From Mobula hypostoma (lineage: Eukaryota), in NCBI RefSeq assembly GCF_963921235.1, contig NC_086101.1, positions 125,612,001-125,676,000 of the forward strand: DNA of 64,000 nt. Reading direction: 5' to 3'. A model generated the notes under the pieces. The model saw only the letters and a list, made by a program, of their open reading frames with translations, was not told the origin of the DNA and did not search any database. Shown piece by piece: positions 49,419-62,020 of the stretch. How positions within the stretch are numbered: the first letter of the stretch is position 1; every line of letters begins with the position of its first letter. The translations under genes were made by a program, and so were the position numbers.

Positions 49419-50010
49419 AGACCATAAGACGCAGGATTAGAATTAGGCCATCTGGCGCATCGAGTCTGCTCCACCACTCAATCATGGCTGATCCTTTTTT
49501 TTCTCCTCCTCAACCCCAGTTCCCAGCCTTCTCCCCGTAACCTTTGATGCCATGTCCAATCAAGAACCTATCAATCTCTGCCTTAAATACACCCAATGAC
49601 CTGGCCTCCACAGCTGCATGTGGCAATAAATTCCACAAATTCACCACCCTTTGGCTAAAGAAATTCCTCCACATCTGTTTTGAAAGGATGCCCCTCTATC
49701 TTGAGGTTGAGCCCTCTTGTCCTAGACTCTCCCACCATGGGAAACATCCTTTCCACATCTACTCTGTCTAGAACTTTCAACATTCAAAAGGTTTCAATGA
49801 GATCACCCCTCATCCTTCTGAATTCCAGCGAGTACAGACCTGGAGCCATCAAACGTTCTTTGTATGATAACCCTTTCATTCCTGGAATCATCCTTGTGAA
49901 CCTCCACTAGACCTTCTCCAATGCCAGCATATCTTTTCTAAGATGAAGGGCCCAAAACTGTTCACAATACTCAAGTCCTCACCAGTGTCTTATAAAGCCT
50001 CAGCATCACA
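49419..50010 (-). mobile_element. CR1 LINE 3' fragment
   Basis: Minus strand encodes the CR1 C-terminus (..QRVVNLWNLLP..); tail ttatggtct. Confidence 0.85.
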
Positions 50011-50419
50011 TATTTTCCTTCTAAAAATATAATGCATCATTGTCTTCTGTGTTAAATTTGTTTGTCAATTATATGTTCTGAAATTTTTGTTTTAAATGTC
50101 TTGTAATTTGTTCTGGTCTACCATACTAAAAGTTTCCACTGCAAAGTAATTAAAATACCTCTGTATCAACTTTCATCATTTTAGAGTATTGCTCTCTAAT
50201 CATCTTCCCTATTCTACTTTCCCATAGGCTATCGACTGCCAGTATTGAGATGGGAAAATCTTTCTTCAGCAAATGTTTTTTCTCTTTCACGAGCCCTTGC
50301 CCTTTTGGTGTGATGTGAAAAAATATATTTTACAACTGGAGACCTTTAAAGTAAAACAGAGTCTGAGAGAAGTTTCTCTCTCACCTCCTATAATGAACCA
50401 TCTGAAGCTCTCTGATTCT

Positions 50420-50760
50420 CATGGTGACTCGGTAGACTATCAGTTTGTGCAGTTGCTTTACAGTGCCAGTGATCACTGATTGGGGTTTGATTCCTGCCGC
50501 TATCTGTAAGGCATTTGTACATTCTTCCCGTAGCCAGGTGAGATTCTTCCAGGTGCCTTGGTTTCCTCCACATTCCAAAGACATACTGTTAGGGTTAGTG
50601 AACTGTGGGCATACTATGTTGGCGTCAGAAGTGTGGCAACACTTTCAGGCACCCCCAGCACAATCCTTGGACTGTGTTGATTGTTGTCAGAGAACAATGC
50701 ATTTCACTGCATGTTTTGATGTTTTCATATACATGTAACAAATAAAGCTAATCTTTATTT
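50420..50760 (+). mobile_element. tRNA-derived SINE with non-CR1 tail
   Basis: Box B-like gggtttgattcc; ggtttcctccacattccaaagac core; tail gcatttcactgcatgttttgatg...aataaagctaatctt. Confidence 0.75.
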
Positions 50761-51225
50761 TTACATCTTTAGACTTTCAGGCATTTCATTGGGAATAAAT
50801 CAAATGTCAGCAAATTATTGAGTGCAATAACAGGGTATATCAGAATTTCAGGATGTGGAAATTCAATTTCTTCCATAAGAATAAAATATATTGGCATCAT
50901 TAAATAGGGTGACAGGAAAAATAAAATCCCTTTCAAAATGATGGTAGCCATAACATTTCATGGACAAGTCATAACTACAGGAACTCTACTGCTATTCCTG
51001 GCAGTAATTAAACCAAAATAAAACAGAACCCTTGTGTTTCATCATTCTCCTCATGCCTCACAAATACTTCTTTCACTCATACAAATTAAGTCTCTACGTC
51101 CATCAGAGAACTGTAACAAGTGCTCTAATCTTCTAAGATCTTCAAATCTTCAAAGAAGTGTTGGTCTTAGCAAATTCCATCCCCCACCCTCAACCCTGTA
51201 CAAATTTACCTTTCTTCTGTTTCAG

Positions 51226-51377
51226 GCACACTTCAGAACCACGCCAGGAAATACAACCTACCGATTGATGGACTTAGCTTTCGTTACAACATCCTTCCTG
51301 CCTACCGAGATGCAATAGAAGTTGCTGAAGCTGTCAGAGCTTTGAAATATGGAGACACTCTCTCAATGGATGACTTG
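51226..51377 (+). CDS. DNAH6: DNAH6 exon (GTLQNHARKYNLPIDGLSF...SMDDL)
   Basis: ttcag acceptor, TTG|gtaatt donor, 152 nt; LQNHARKY.LPID motif. Confidence 0.96.
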
Positions 51378-52149
51378 GTAATTTCAAAATTTCATTTGAA
51401 AAAGGTTACAATATTGTAATTTTCATTTGATAATATTTATTTACCTTTTGGGACCTGGCATTTGGTGCCCATTCATAATTATATATCTGAGAAGGTCGTG
51501 GTGAGACCCCTCCTTGAACCATTGCAGACTTACTGGTGAAGGTGCTCCCTCAAAACTATTGGGAAGGGTGCTCCAGGACCTTGATCAGGTAAAAATGGAA
51601 GAACAACATTATATTTTCAAATCAGGATGGTGTGTCATTTGGTCCATTCGTATGCTGTGCTGTTCTGTATTCTACAGAGAAGAAAATCAAGTTGTGCACC
51701 TGGATATTCATAATCTCTTGGGACGCTCTCATGATGACTCTTCTCAATGTTTTCTCTAAATTACTTTTGCATGAAGGAATCCAACTTCAGCTCATTATCT
51801 GATTTTCTGTCGTCTGTGGATAATAAATATTTGCTTATAAGCACACCCCGCAGCAAAAGTATTTTTGCAAAATTCTATATATTGGAAGGTCTTAAAAATT
51901 TTTTCAGATGTCTTTGTTTTTGGAACATATATCTGTAGCCTTATTCCTGACATGAAGACACATTTGCTTCTCAACTTAAAAAAAAGGGTTTAAAAGTAGA
52001 AGGAAGGATTAATTAAATAATAAACATAATGATATATCAGGGGAAAAGAGGATGGTAATGGAATATGTAAAAATAACAAATGTAGGTCTAAAGAAGGGGC
52101 GAATGTGAGTGGTAGAATTATTAGCAGTAGATGAAATCATCAGTAATAT

Positions 52150-52362
52150 GTTCAATGGTAAATTCAAAGTTAATTTATTATCAACGTATGTACATCAACA
52201 AATACTACCCTGAGATTCATTTTCTTGCAGCCATTCACAGTAGAACAAAATACAGTAGTTAATCAAAAAGACATGAACAAAATAAAGACTGACAAGCAAA
52301 ACTAATGTGCGAAAGAAGACAAACTATACAAATACAAAAATGAAGCAAAAATAAATAAATAA

Positions 52363-52394
<32 letters not shown>

Positions 52395-52445
52395 GGAAAA
52401 AACGATACTGAGAGCATGAGCTGTACAGTCCTTGAAAGTGAGCCA
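52150..52445 (-). mobile_element. Rex/Babar-type 3' UTR fragment containing an (AAAT)n(AGAT)n microsatellite (52350-52394)
   Basis: Parallels 10497-10750 (cattcacagta, gtccttgaa.gtgag). Confidence 0.7.
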
Positions 52446-53326
52446 CTCCTCTGCCTCCCGTGACCACTTTGTTGTCCTTACCTCCGGTACCTTTTTAGCC
52501 TCTGCCTGTATGCAGGTAGGAGGAGGACAGCCAAAAGATCAGATTTCCTGAAATGTGGTCTGAAATTGTCAAATTCACTGCTGAGTGTAGAAGTGTCAAT
52601 TTGAAAAAGGGCATTTAGCTTCAATAGAACAGCATTGGAGATTTGGCAGAGAAGTGTCTGACCTGTTGAAAAACAGAGAATTAAAATCATTAGTGGCAGG
52701 ATGATGGACTGACTGACATTTGCAAACTGAAGAGAAGCATTCTGCAGTCTGATCTACATTAAGTTTCTCAAGTATACTATTATGTTATCTTGGTTTCTTA
52801 TGCTTAAATTACATTGTTTGTAGTATTTTCTTTTTGGTATTGTTATCTTTTGGAATTTTATTGTACTTTAACATTGTATTAATGTTTATATGGCTTACCT
52901 TTTTTGTATACTTACTCAATAAAAAGATTTAAAAAGAAAGAAAGAAAGTTTCTCAAAAGGAAGAAAGCTGCATTGTACAGTTAGGTTGAACAACATGCAG
53001 CTCACTATTTCAGTTGGGAACATGAATCGTAGGAAGGAAGGAAGTATAATGGCAGGTATTGCATCTCCTGTGGTTGCAAAGGAAGGTGCTATGTGAAGGG
53101 AAATGGATATGCAAATATTTGACAAGTGGGTGTCAGAGGTGGACTGCTAAAAGGACTAAAGAGGGAATAAATTTATTGATTGGCAAATGGTCCACAGGAA
53201 AGGTTTCCCCAGATCTATAAATATAATTTGTAAAATAAGTACAAATCAGTTAAATATGTATAATGATATATTTAATTATATTCATTCTGGTATCTACTCT
53301 ACATCTATGATTTCTCTTTCCACAAG

Positions 53327-53549
53327 TTGCCTTCCCCTAAAGATGGAGTTCTAGTTCATGGAATGTACATGGATGCTTTTCGTTGGGATGATAAACAAAT
53401 GGTGATAGAAGATTCCTTACCTAAAGTGATGCATTCTGTTTTGCCGGTTTTACACTTTGAGCCTTCACAGAATTATGAACCAAGTCCATCGCTGTATCAG
53501 GCACCACTCTACAAGACAGCTGCCAGAGCAGGAACTCTTTCAACAACAG
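53327..53549 (+). CDS. DNAH6: DNAH6 penultimate exon ([21 protein letters not shown]...[15 protein letters not shown])
   Basis: Pyrimidine tract plus aag acceptor, G|gtaatc donor, 223 nt; [14 protein letters not shown] motif. Confidence 0.96.
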
Positions 53550-54910
53550 GTAATCTCCTCCTGTTCCTGCAAATAGAATCTAGTATCAGTTGATGTTTCA
53601 AACCTAACTCCAAGGTCACCTCCAAGACACATTCAAACCCAATCCAATGGTTTTCCGGAGGAATTTATTTTGAGAGAATCTCAATTACTATTTGTCTTCT
53701 GGTAGAGGGGAGAAGTCAGTAGGGTGGAGTTAGTCGAGTGACCAAGCAGTTAATAGCAGGTTAAGAATTTCTGACTGTACTGTTAAGGAGACAGATGATA
53801 CGGTAGCTTTGTTACAGCCAACACTGGCAAAAAGCAGCAAGCAAGTACTGACTATTGGATGTTGTTCCTCTTTACTTCCTTACCCCATCAACTACACTCA
53901 TTATATGCCATTGAGAAGAAAAAATGAATGACAGGAACAGCTGAGATTGAATTGGATCACTGTGGGTTCTTCTCAAATTCACATTTACTTGCTTCATCCA
54001 GCGGCTGGTGCATTTGAGAGATATCTCATTGCAATTCCCACCCAATGTACTACCAGCTTTTAATTCATTAGCTGGTCAGCCCAAGTAGCTTAATCAATTT
54101 TAATACTTTATGATCACATTTCTTTGGAATAACTTTTAATCCAATGCTTAGGAAACTAGAGGGACTTGTGGATTAGTATTTGGGTAAGATGCATTGCAGA
54201 TGTGGGATAAAAGAGAAAGGCAGAGTGATTGAAAGTCTGCCTTTTCCTCTACTAGGATCCTTATTTTTCTGGATTGTTCATGGCTTCCCTAGTCTGCTAT
54301 TTTGTTTGAATTAGCAAATAATAACCTCTGTTAATTCGTTATATATTTTATCCTCATATCGCAGGGATTAATGCTTTAGCGACTTGCAGTATTATCACTT
54401 CTCTCACTTAATCATCATCAGGCCAATGTTTCCCACTTCTTTTTCTCCTTCTGACCTTTAGGTCTTCTAATCTGTTTAACCATATACATCAACCAAGTCT
54501 GATTGAAGGTTATTAGCCTGGCCAGCCCCAGTGACTTACCCCTCTTGAGTATTTCCATAGCCATCTACTTTTCTTTGAAATAGTTGATGATAAAATTCTT
54601 CAAGCACCAATCCAAACATACTTTCATCACAGATTTGATGAGTGTTTGCAGTACTATCTTTTTTTTTTAGATTTTTGAGCATCTTCAGCAATTGCTTCAA
54701 ATGATTGAGTTTTCACACCCTTCTCCATAAATAATTTCAAAGTTATAGTCCAATAGCAGTTGATAGCTTGAAACGGTATTCAACAAGCCTGTCTTGTTGA
54801 TTGCGCCTGACATTCTTGAAATCAGTGGAAAAAATGCAGTGTCATATTTTAGGATTTTGGTGATTGATAATCATCATAAGAAAGGATACATTCTTCTTCT
54901 CTGATTGCAG

Positions 54911-55014
54911 GTCATTCTACAAACTTTGTTGTAACTGTGCTATTGCCATCAAAAAAAGACAGCGACTATTGGATTTCAAAAGGATCTGCATTACTTTGTC
55001 AGCTGAGTGACTAA
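54911..55014 (+). CDS. DNAH6: DNAH6 terminal coding exon ([34 protein letters not shown])
   Basis: tgcag acceptor; GHSTNF motif; TAA at 55012-55014. The spliced total of 1679 nt keeps frame across all 13 exons. Confidence 0.96.
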
Positions 55015-55391
55015 ATCTTTGACATTTGTGCAAACTAGAGCATATATTTAAGTATTTATTTCCATGGAAATAAGTTTGGAAAATGTTATAATCTGATAGG
55101 ATAAAGTCTTCCACTGAGATTTCAACCGCATGAGAATTTGGATAGATCTTAAATGACTTTCAGCTCTTATTTTACACTTAAGCTTTTACTTTGTGCGTAG
55201 TGGAGTTTTCATATTTTAATTTTTTGTTATATCATAGTACCCATGTATTTAAGGACCAACCTGTCTAAATTTTTCAATTACATTGAGATGAAGACAAGTC
55301 ATGTTTCTTGATATGTATTTTGATGCTTAGAAGTATTGAGTAAAATATTGAGAAACTCTGTAGAGAAATTTCAATATATTTCTTTTAATCA

Positions 55392-55397
55392 AATAAA
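55392..55397 (+). promoter_or_regulatory. Candidate polyadenylation signal for DNAH6
   Basis: First canonical AATAAA I found after the stop codon, about 380 nt downstream, in AT-rich 3' UTR-like sequence. Confidence 0.4.
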
Positions 55398-55447
55398 TTT
55401 GATATTCTGAAGCAATTTGTTAAGTATATAACTATTTGAAATTGATA

Positions 55448-55545
55448 GCAACACACAAAGTGCTAAAGGAACTCAGCCAGTCAGGCAGCATCCATGGAGG
55501 GAAATAGACAGTTCCTGTTTCAGGTCAAGACCCTTCCTCATAACT
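55448..55545 (-). mobile_element. PLE terminal repeat with mutated hammerhead core
   Basis: Reverse complement reads agttatgaggaagggtcttgacctGAAAcagg...gatgctgcctgactggctgagttcc. Confidence 0.75.
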
Positions 55546-56206
55546 AGCTCCTCATGATACTTCCCTTCTGGGGAGCTGTTGGATTATTGCTAAGATTTTC
55601 CCAATTTGCAAGCTATCTCGTATGGTTTTTAATCAGTCTCTGCAGATTGTAACTTGTAAGCTCAGTTATCATAGTATTTCTAAAGACTCTTCACTCATCT
55701 TCCTGCTATTATTCATAAATAATATGAACAATAAATCTGAACAATTGGGATATCAGAAACAAAAATCAATCTTTAATGTATAGCTTCCAGAAACAAATTG
55801 AGTGTAATTGAGGCAACACTCAGTACAAATGGAAACCAACGTCAAACTATCATTTTCAAGCCACTTTAGTGCATTATGACCCCATAGCAAGTCACTATGA
55901 CCCCATTACCAGTGTATTGTAAAGGAGCAGTTCTTGAACCCATACAGCATGATCACAGCTGGAAATTTAATATTTCTCATGCTAGACAATGAGAAAATAT
56001 CCTTAGAACATGATAGCATTTTCTGGACATAAGTGCTGAGTATCTATTTAGGATGTTGAGTAGAGAACTCAAAAACTCATACAGTTTTTGTGTTTCTAGT
56101 GTTGTGAAATTCTGTGATTCTAACCTTCTCCTAGATTAGTTCTGACTTTTCTCATTTTAAGCATATTCACAGTATTAGCAAGACCAACATTTATTCACTT
56201 TTTCTA

Positions 56207-56295
56207 CGCAAACATGAGGAAATCTGCAGATGCTGGAAATTCAAGCAACACACATCAAAGTTGCTGGTGAACTTTGATGTGTGTTGCTTAAATTT
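56207..56295. repeat. PLE-derived hairpin with a perfect 20-bp stem
   Basis: 56243-56262 is the exact reverse complement of 56270-56289, loop gctggtg; 56207-56272 closely matches the reverse complement of 3196-3261. Confidence 0.9.
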
Positions 56296-56512
56296 TTCTA
56301 ATTGACTTTGAGAAAGCTGAAGGTTGTGAATTGACTCAATATTACATTACTGCTCATATTTTATATTCATTTGGAAGAAGCAATTTGGTCCTTTGAGTCT
56401 TTGAGAACAGTAAGAACAGTCCTAGAAATCCTTATTTATTTTCTCTGTAAGATTTTCTTTCTCTCATGGCCATCAACTCTTCTTTCACTCTCCTGTCACT
56501 CACCTATATTGG

Positions 56513-57727
56513 TGTAATGGGATGGGTTAATCAGACCCAAATTATTCAAATGTCCAGGAGATGTGGTAGTAAGTGTACAAGCACAACAAAGTAACTGAAC
56601 CTTAATTTATTATCATAAAATAGAAAGCACAAATAAACCACACAAAATGTAACACAATGATTTCAGGGCTCATGATTCTTAGTCACCACTCGATTGTCAT
56701 AATTGTCAGGGCAACTCCGAATTTCAACACACTCGTGAATCCCAGACACCGGTCACAATTTCTGGTTCTTAGTTGAAGTCCAATGAACCAGAGAAGGTAC
56801 CCCAATATATACGAGTTCCACAAGCATAGACAGACAAACAGAGACTGACAAACTCTGTTCTTACATTAATTATATCTGGATTCTTTCATTCAAGCAAAAT
56901 ATGTGTTCATTAACACAGTGTTCCCTATACCCTTATAGATCAATCAGAGACTTTAACACTTTGATGGTCATTCCTAATCCATCAGTCCACCAATGTTTTG
57001 GACAGAACATTCCTTTGATTTATAAAGAACATTAATATTACATACAAGTGATAAGCCCAAATGCAAAAAAGGATCTGTCAAGCCAATTTGACAGACACTA
57101 AGAGAGCATCCATCAACCAAGTCAAGTCAAGTCAAGTCACTTTTTATTGTCACTTCGACCATAACTGTTGGTACAGTACACAGTAAAAACAAGGCAATGT
57201 TTTTCAAGACCATGGTGCTACATGAACAATACAAAAACTACACTGAACTAAGTAAAAAACAACACAAAACTACACTAGACTACAGACCTACCCAGAACTG
57301 CATAAAGTGCACAAAACGGTGCAGGCATTACAATAATTAATAAACAAGACAATATGCACAGTAGAGGGCAGTAGGTTTATAATTATAAATAAATAGAGGT
57401 GTCAGTCCAGGCTCTGGGTATTGAGGAGTCTGATGACTTTGGGGAAGAAACTGTTACATAGTCTGGTCGTGAGAGCCCGAATACTTTGGTCCCTTTTGCC
57501 AGATCTCAAAGAGACCAACAGATGTTTAGTCATTCTCAGACATTCTCATGCTAATGGTGCCTGAGACTAAGAAAGAATCCAGCTGCTATCAACAAACATT
57601 AGACATTAACAAACTTGGTGTTTACCTTGTACAAAATCTCTACATGCTGCGAGCTCATAAAAAGTTAAATTGTCATTTGAATTGTTTAGACATTCATTCA
57701 ATGTTTTACAAAATTTAATACAATACA
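56513..57727 (-). mobile_element. Solo LTR-like element, copy 1 (contains a Rex-type tail insertion at ~57119-57503)
   Basis: TGTAATGG...AATACA termini; 5-bp TSD attgg/gttgg; colinear with 58530-59381. Confidence 0.75.
57119..57503 (-). mobile_element. Rex-type LINE 3' end inserted in the LTR
   Basis: (AAGTC)4 tail on the + strand followed by tttatt; minus strand ends SGKRDQSIRALTTRLCNSFFPKVIRLLN; absent from copy 2. Confidence 0.8.
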
Positions 57728-58529
57728 GTTGGAATTAATTAGCAGAAGACAGTTGAACTAGCAAACATATGTCTTTGTTAAGTGGGAGAAAACTGAAATT
57801 TACAAGATATGCTGATGAGTTCTATTTGGTAAGTCTTCTGAAGATTGTATTCCTATGCATTTGCTGACCACCTGCTGGTAGTAACAGTAATAAATTTTGG
57901 AGGTGCTGTTCGAATAGCCCTTACAAATAACAGGTGTGTATTTGCTAGATAGTACACAGTGTACTACAATGACAAGTTTAGTATCATGGATAGGGTACTT
58001 ATCAACTGGGCGACTTTCTCTGAGCAAGTGTTGAGCTTCTTGCCTGTTGTTGTTAGAGCTCTACTATTGCAGCAGATGGAGAAACAATGGAAGGTCATTA
58101 ATAAATTTGCTAAAGGAGTTGGACTCAAAACCTGAAGAACTCCTGGAGCAATATACTTGGGCTGGCATGACTGCAATTCAACAACCATAATCATCTTTCA
58201 ATGTGCACAGAATGACTACAGCCATTGGGCACTTTATTTTCCCTTGAAGGCCATTGACTTCAGTTTAACCAGAGTTCCTTAGTGTCATATTTAATCGATG
58301 TTGTTCCAATGCCAAGGGCAATCACTCTCCCTTCATCTCTTGAATTCATCTCCTTGGTCTATTATTTTTTTGTGAAGAAAGATGAAATAAGGCCCAGCAG
58401 ATCTAGAAAAAAAAACAGATTGAGCATATGTGAGCAGATCACTGGGGAGTAAATCTCACCAAGTCATGCAGTTGACAGCACCTTCTATCTCTGGGGTGTA
58501 AATTAACTGGATTTGATTGAGTGGGCAAT

Positions 58530-59381
58530 TGGAATGGGCTGGGTTGATCAGACCCAAACAATCTGAGTGTCCAAGAGATATGGTAATAAACATACAAGCA
58601 CAACAAAGTAAAACTTAATTTATTATCATAAAATAGAAAGCACAAATTAACCACACAAAATACTACATAGCAAGTCACAAAGAATTCAAGTCTCATGATT
58701 CTTAGTCACAACTTGATTGCTGCTGTTGTTGGGAGAACTCCGAATTCCGCCCCACTCGTGAAACCACCTTGGGTCCTAGGCACCAATTGCAATTTCCAGT
58801 CTAGGTGAAGTCCAAATCACCCAGGGAATGGTATCCCAATAAGTATAAGTTCCAATTGTCATAGAGAGACACACAGAGACCAACAAACTTCTTTGATCTG
58901 TTGTTCTCATGCCATTAACTCAGCCTGGTTTCTTTCATTCAAACACTACAATGTTTCATTAACACAATGTTGATCAAACCCTTTTAAATTAATTAGACAT
59001 TTTAATGGTCTTCATTCCTTATCCATCAGTCCACCATTGTTCTGGACATAACATTTCTTGGACTTACAGAAGGGCATTAATCTTACATATAAATGATAAG
59101 CCTGAATGGAAAAAAATCTTCAAGCCGATCTGACAGACACTATAAAAGAATCCATCAACCTAGTTCTCAAAGTGACCAACAGACATTCAGTCATTAATAG
59201 ACATTCTCATGTTAGTGGCACCTGAAACTAAGGAAGAATCCAGCTGCTATCAATAAACATGAGAAATTAACAGACCTAGAATGTTTACCATGTTCAGACA
59301 CTCTGCATGCTGCGATCTTTGAAAACCTATTTGAATTGTTCAGACATTCATTCTATGATTTACAAAATTTAATACATAACA
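58530..59381 (-). mobile_element. Solo LTR-like element, copy 2
   Basis: TGGAATGG...ATAACA termini; diverged direct repeat of copy 1; no TSD match; sits inside an old LINE relic. Confidence 0.7.
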
Positions 59382-59384
59382 TAT

Positions 59385-60310
59385 TTGAGGAAATTTCTTC
59401 ATTGTTACATTAATGTCTGTGTTTTGAATGGCGAGAACTGCATGGCTAGAGGCACAATTAGAATTGAAGTGCACAGAAATGCAAGTATGCATCCAGTAAT
59501 TTTATTCATTATAATACAATATTCATTATATTACAATAGGTTGAAGTCTGACTTTTGTGGAGACCTGAAGAGGAAGTGAAAAATTCGGTTTTGGCTGAAG
59601 GAGATTGCAATACTTCAGCCTTGACTTCTGCACACAGATTGGAGATTGGGTTATTATTAGAATATCCTTCTTCCTTAGCTGTTTAGTTGTCTACCATTGC
59701 TTGCACCTCAAAATGGTAAGATTGAAGAGCGTTGAGCTGTTCTGGAGGTGTTGTGGTCACTTAAGACTGCAACACATGATGCTACGTAATCTTGCATTAC
59801 AGCTTCACAAGGGTGGCATCTCACCTTTGGACTTGCCTCATACAGCTCCCAACATGCCGCTCCATACCAATTATTGAATCCAGATTGAAATGTAGAGTGA
59901 AGCATATGCTAAGCAACGATGCTACAGATTGTGGTGCAATACAACTATGCTGCTGATGATGACACACACGCACACACAAAATGAAGAATTCCCAGTTTTA
60001 GTTGCCCGATCTGTTCTGAATCTATCCTCTTTAGCACAATTTTAGTGTCATGAAACACGATGGAGACTGTCTTTCAAGTTTGTGAATTGGCCACTCCTAT
60101 AATATTGTCATGGACAGATGTGTAGATGGATAGATTTGGACAAATGAAGTCAGTTTGGTAAACATCTCTGTTGGTTCATTCTACCCATGTTACAGACCCA
60201 GTCTTGCAGCTTTATTCCTCAGGAAATGGCCAGCTGAGCCAAAAGTGAGTTTCAACCAAGACATATTTGGTGATGGGCATTTCCTCACCCAGAGGACATT
60301 TTGTGCCATT
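59385..60310 (-). mobile_element. Ancient LINE relic (probably also 58150-58529)
   Basis: Weak minus-strand resemblance to L2-like ORF2 sequence; heavily decayed. Confidence 0.4.
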
Positions 60311-62020
60311 ATTACTCCTGATGCTTTTTCTTTTTCTAATGTTATCCAAAAGGAAAGAAAACTGATTCCATTACATGTAGGAAGTGTAACCAATGGGAGA
60401 TTTTCTGGGAAATTTTTGACCTGATGCACGAGACTTCATATGTTCTCAATCAATACTGACAGCTCCCAGAATTAGCCAGTGAAATTGACTAGAGAAGTGT
60501 TTTTGATTCTCACTATCTTACTTATTTGTGCAGATATGTTGGCTATCTTTGATGTGGCCTCTGTTATCTGTCAAAGCACCAGGAGATACACTGGAGATCA
60601 ACAGTTCAGTGCGCTTAAGCAGCAACAGAAGCAATTATAATCACATATGATATTCACCAACCATGAAACATACATTTCTGTTGAGACATCATTCTGGAAC
60701 CCAGTTAGATGTGCATTTTACTCAACTGAGTATAATTCGACCAGGAGCATGACATTTTAATGTACCACTTCACATTTCTTCATTTCAGAGGAAATTGGCA
60801 TCCCGGATAATTGTTGCCCAAGTTGAATATTTCATAGAAAATCTGATACGATATATATTTTTTTATTCTGATGTACTGTTAATGGACAAAAATAATTGGA
60901 GATTTCACATGCTGGTATCTCATTGCTATTTCTCAATGCAATATTAAGTTGGTTAGTAGCTCTTGTCAACACTTTCATTAGTTTTGTTGGACTGTCACTT
61001 CAGCTTGTGGCATATTTCAGCTCACTGAAATGAACCGTCTAAAAATTATACAAGAAGGAGAATAACAAATCTAGGAATGAGATTCCTTGCTATATGTCAT
61101 ATTGCACTAGCCATGTTTCAGTCTCAATTCTTCTGGCAAATGTTAATTACACACATCAATATCTCTTTAATCGGATGATGTTCAGGCTGCTTCATGTTAA
61201 GCATGAACATACATCATTCGATGTCATTTTGCAACTTTAAGGAGTTGTCTGGCACCAAAAGGATAGGTGCTATCATACTGATTATGTTTTTGTATGAGTC
61301 TTTACCAGCTTACATTGAATAAAAATGATTTTTGTTCACTAAAGTTCAGAGCTAGAGTACTAGGTAAAATATAACTGGAGACATTTATTTTATGCAAATA
61401 ACTGTTAATGAGAGCATGATTCCTGTAGAAATCAATATCTAATTTGCAGTTAACTCAATTCAATTTAAATTCAAATTGTCCAGGATCCACTATTATTGTT
61501 ATTATATTTTCAATATATATTCTACTGATCAATATTTGTTCAGCTTTATGCAATGGAATGTAGCTTCAGTCAATTTTAGTTTAAGTGGCTTCCTTCTGGA
61601 CAGATTACCTCACGCTGAGCAGCTTGATATTATCCATTTACACAAATAGTTGAATTCACTTCAGGTCCATTAATGTGAGCTGGGTTCAATCTTTTGGTAT
61701 TTGCATGCATCTTCACTTACAGACATAGCAGCCTGATAGAATGGGGTAAATGGACTGGCCTTCAGCATCTACTCAAACACGGGCAAACAAGACTGAAAGA
61801 ATGAGCATTTAAAATGAAGTAGTCATCTGAATCACTTTCACTTTGCAATAAGAATGGACATTTGGATACTTTTCTATGGTTCATTTAAAGTAATAAAAGC
61901 TACAGAAATGTCAACAGGTAGCATATACCTGGAATGTAAGTAAAATGCAGGGTATGGATCTGATAGAATGTTCTAAAATTTGTAAAGTAAGTATAAGAAA
62001 TATTGTTGATATCTTTACAG

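Noticed and set aside
14871-53593. ORF-track entries 14871-15083, 20913-21305, 28672-29034, 33095-33298 and 53327-53593 as stand-alone genes
   Set aside because: Each is a DNAH6 exon read through into intron; dynein similarity stops at the GT/AG sites.
56513-59381. The repeat pair as the two LTRs of one small provirus or TRIM
   Set aside because: Copy 1 has its own TSD, the outer flanks do not match, and the spacer consists of SINE and LINE relics with no PBS or PPT that I could see.
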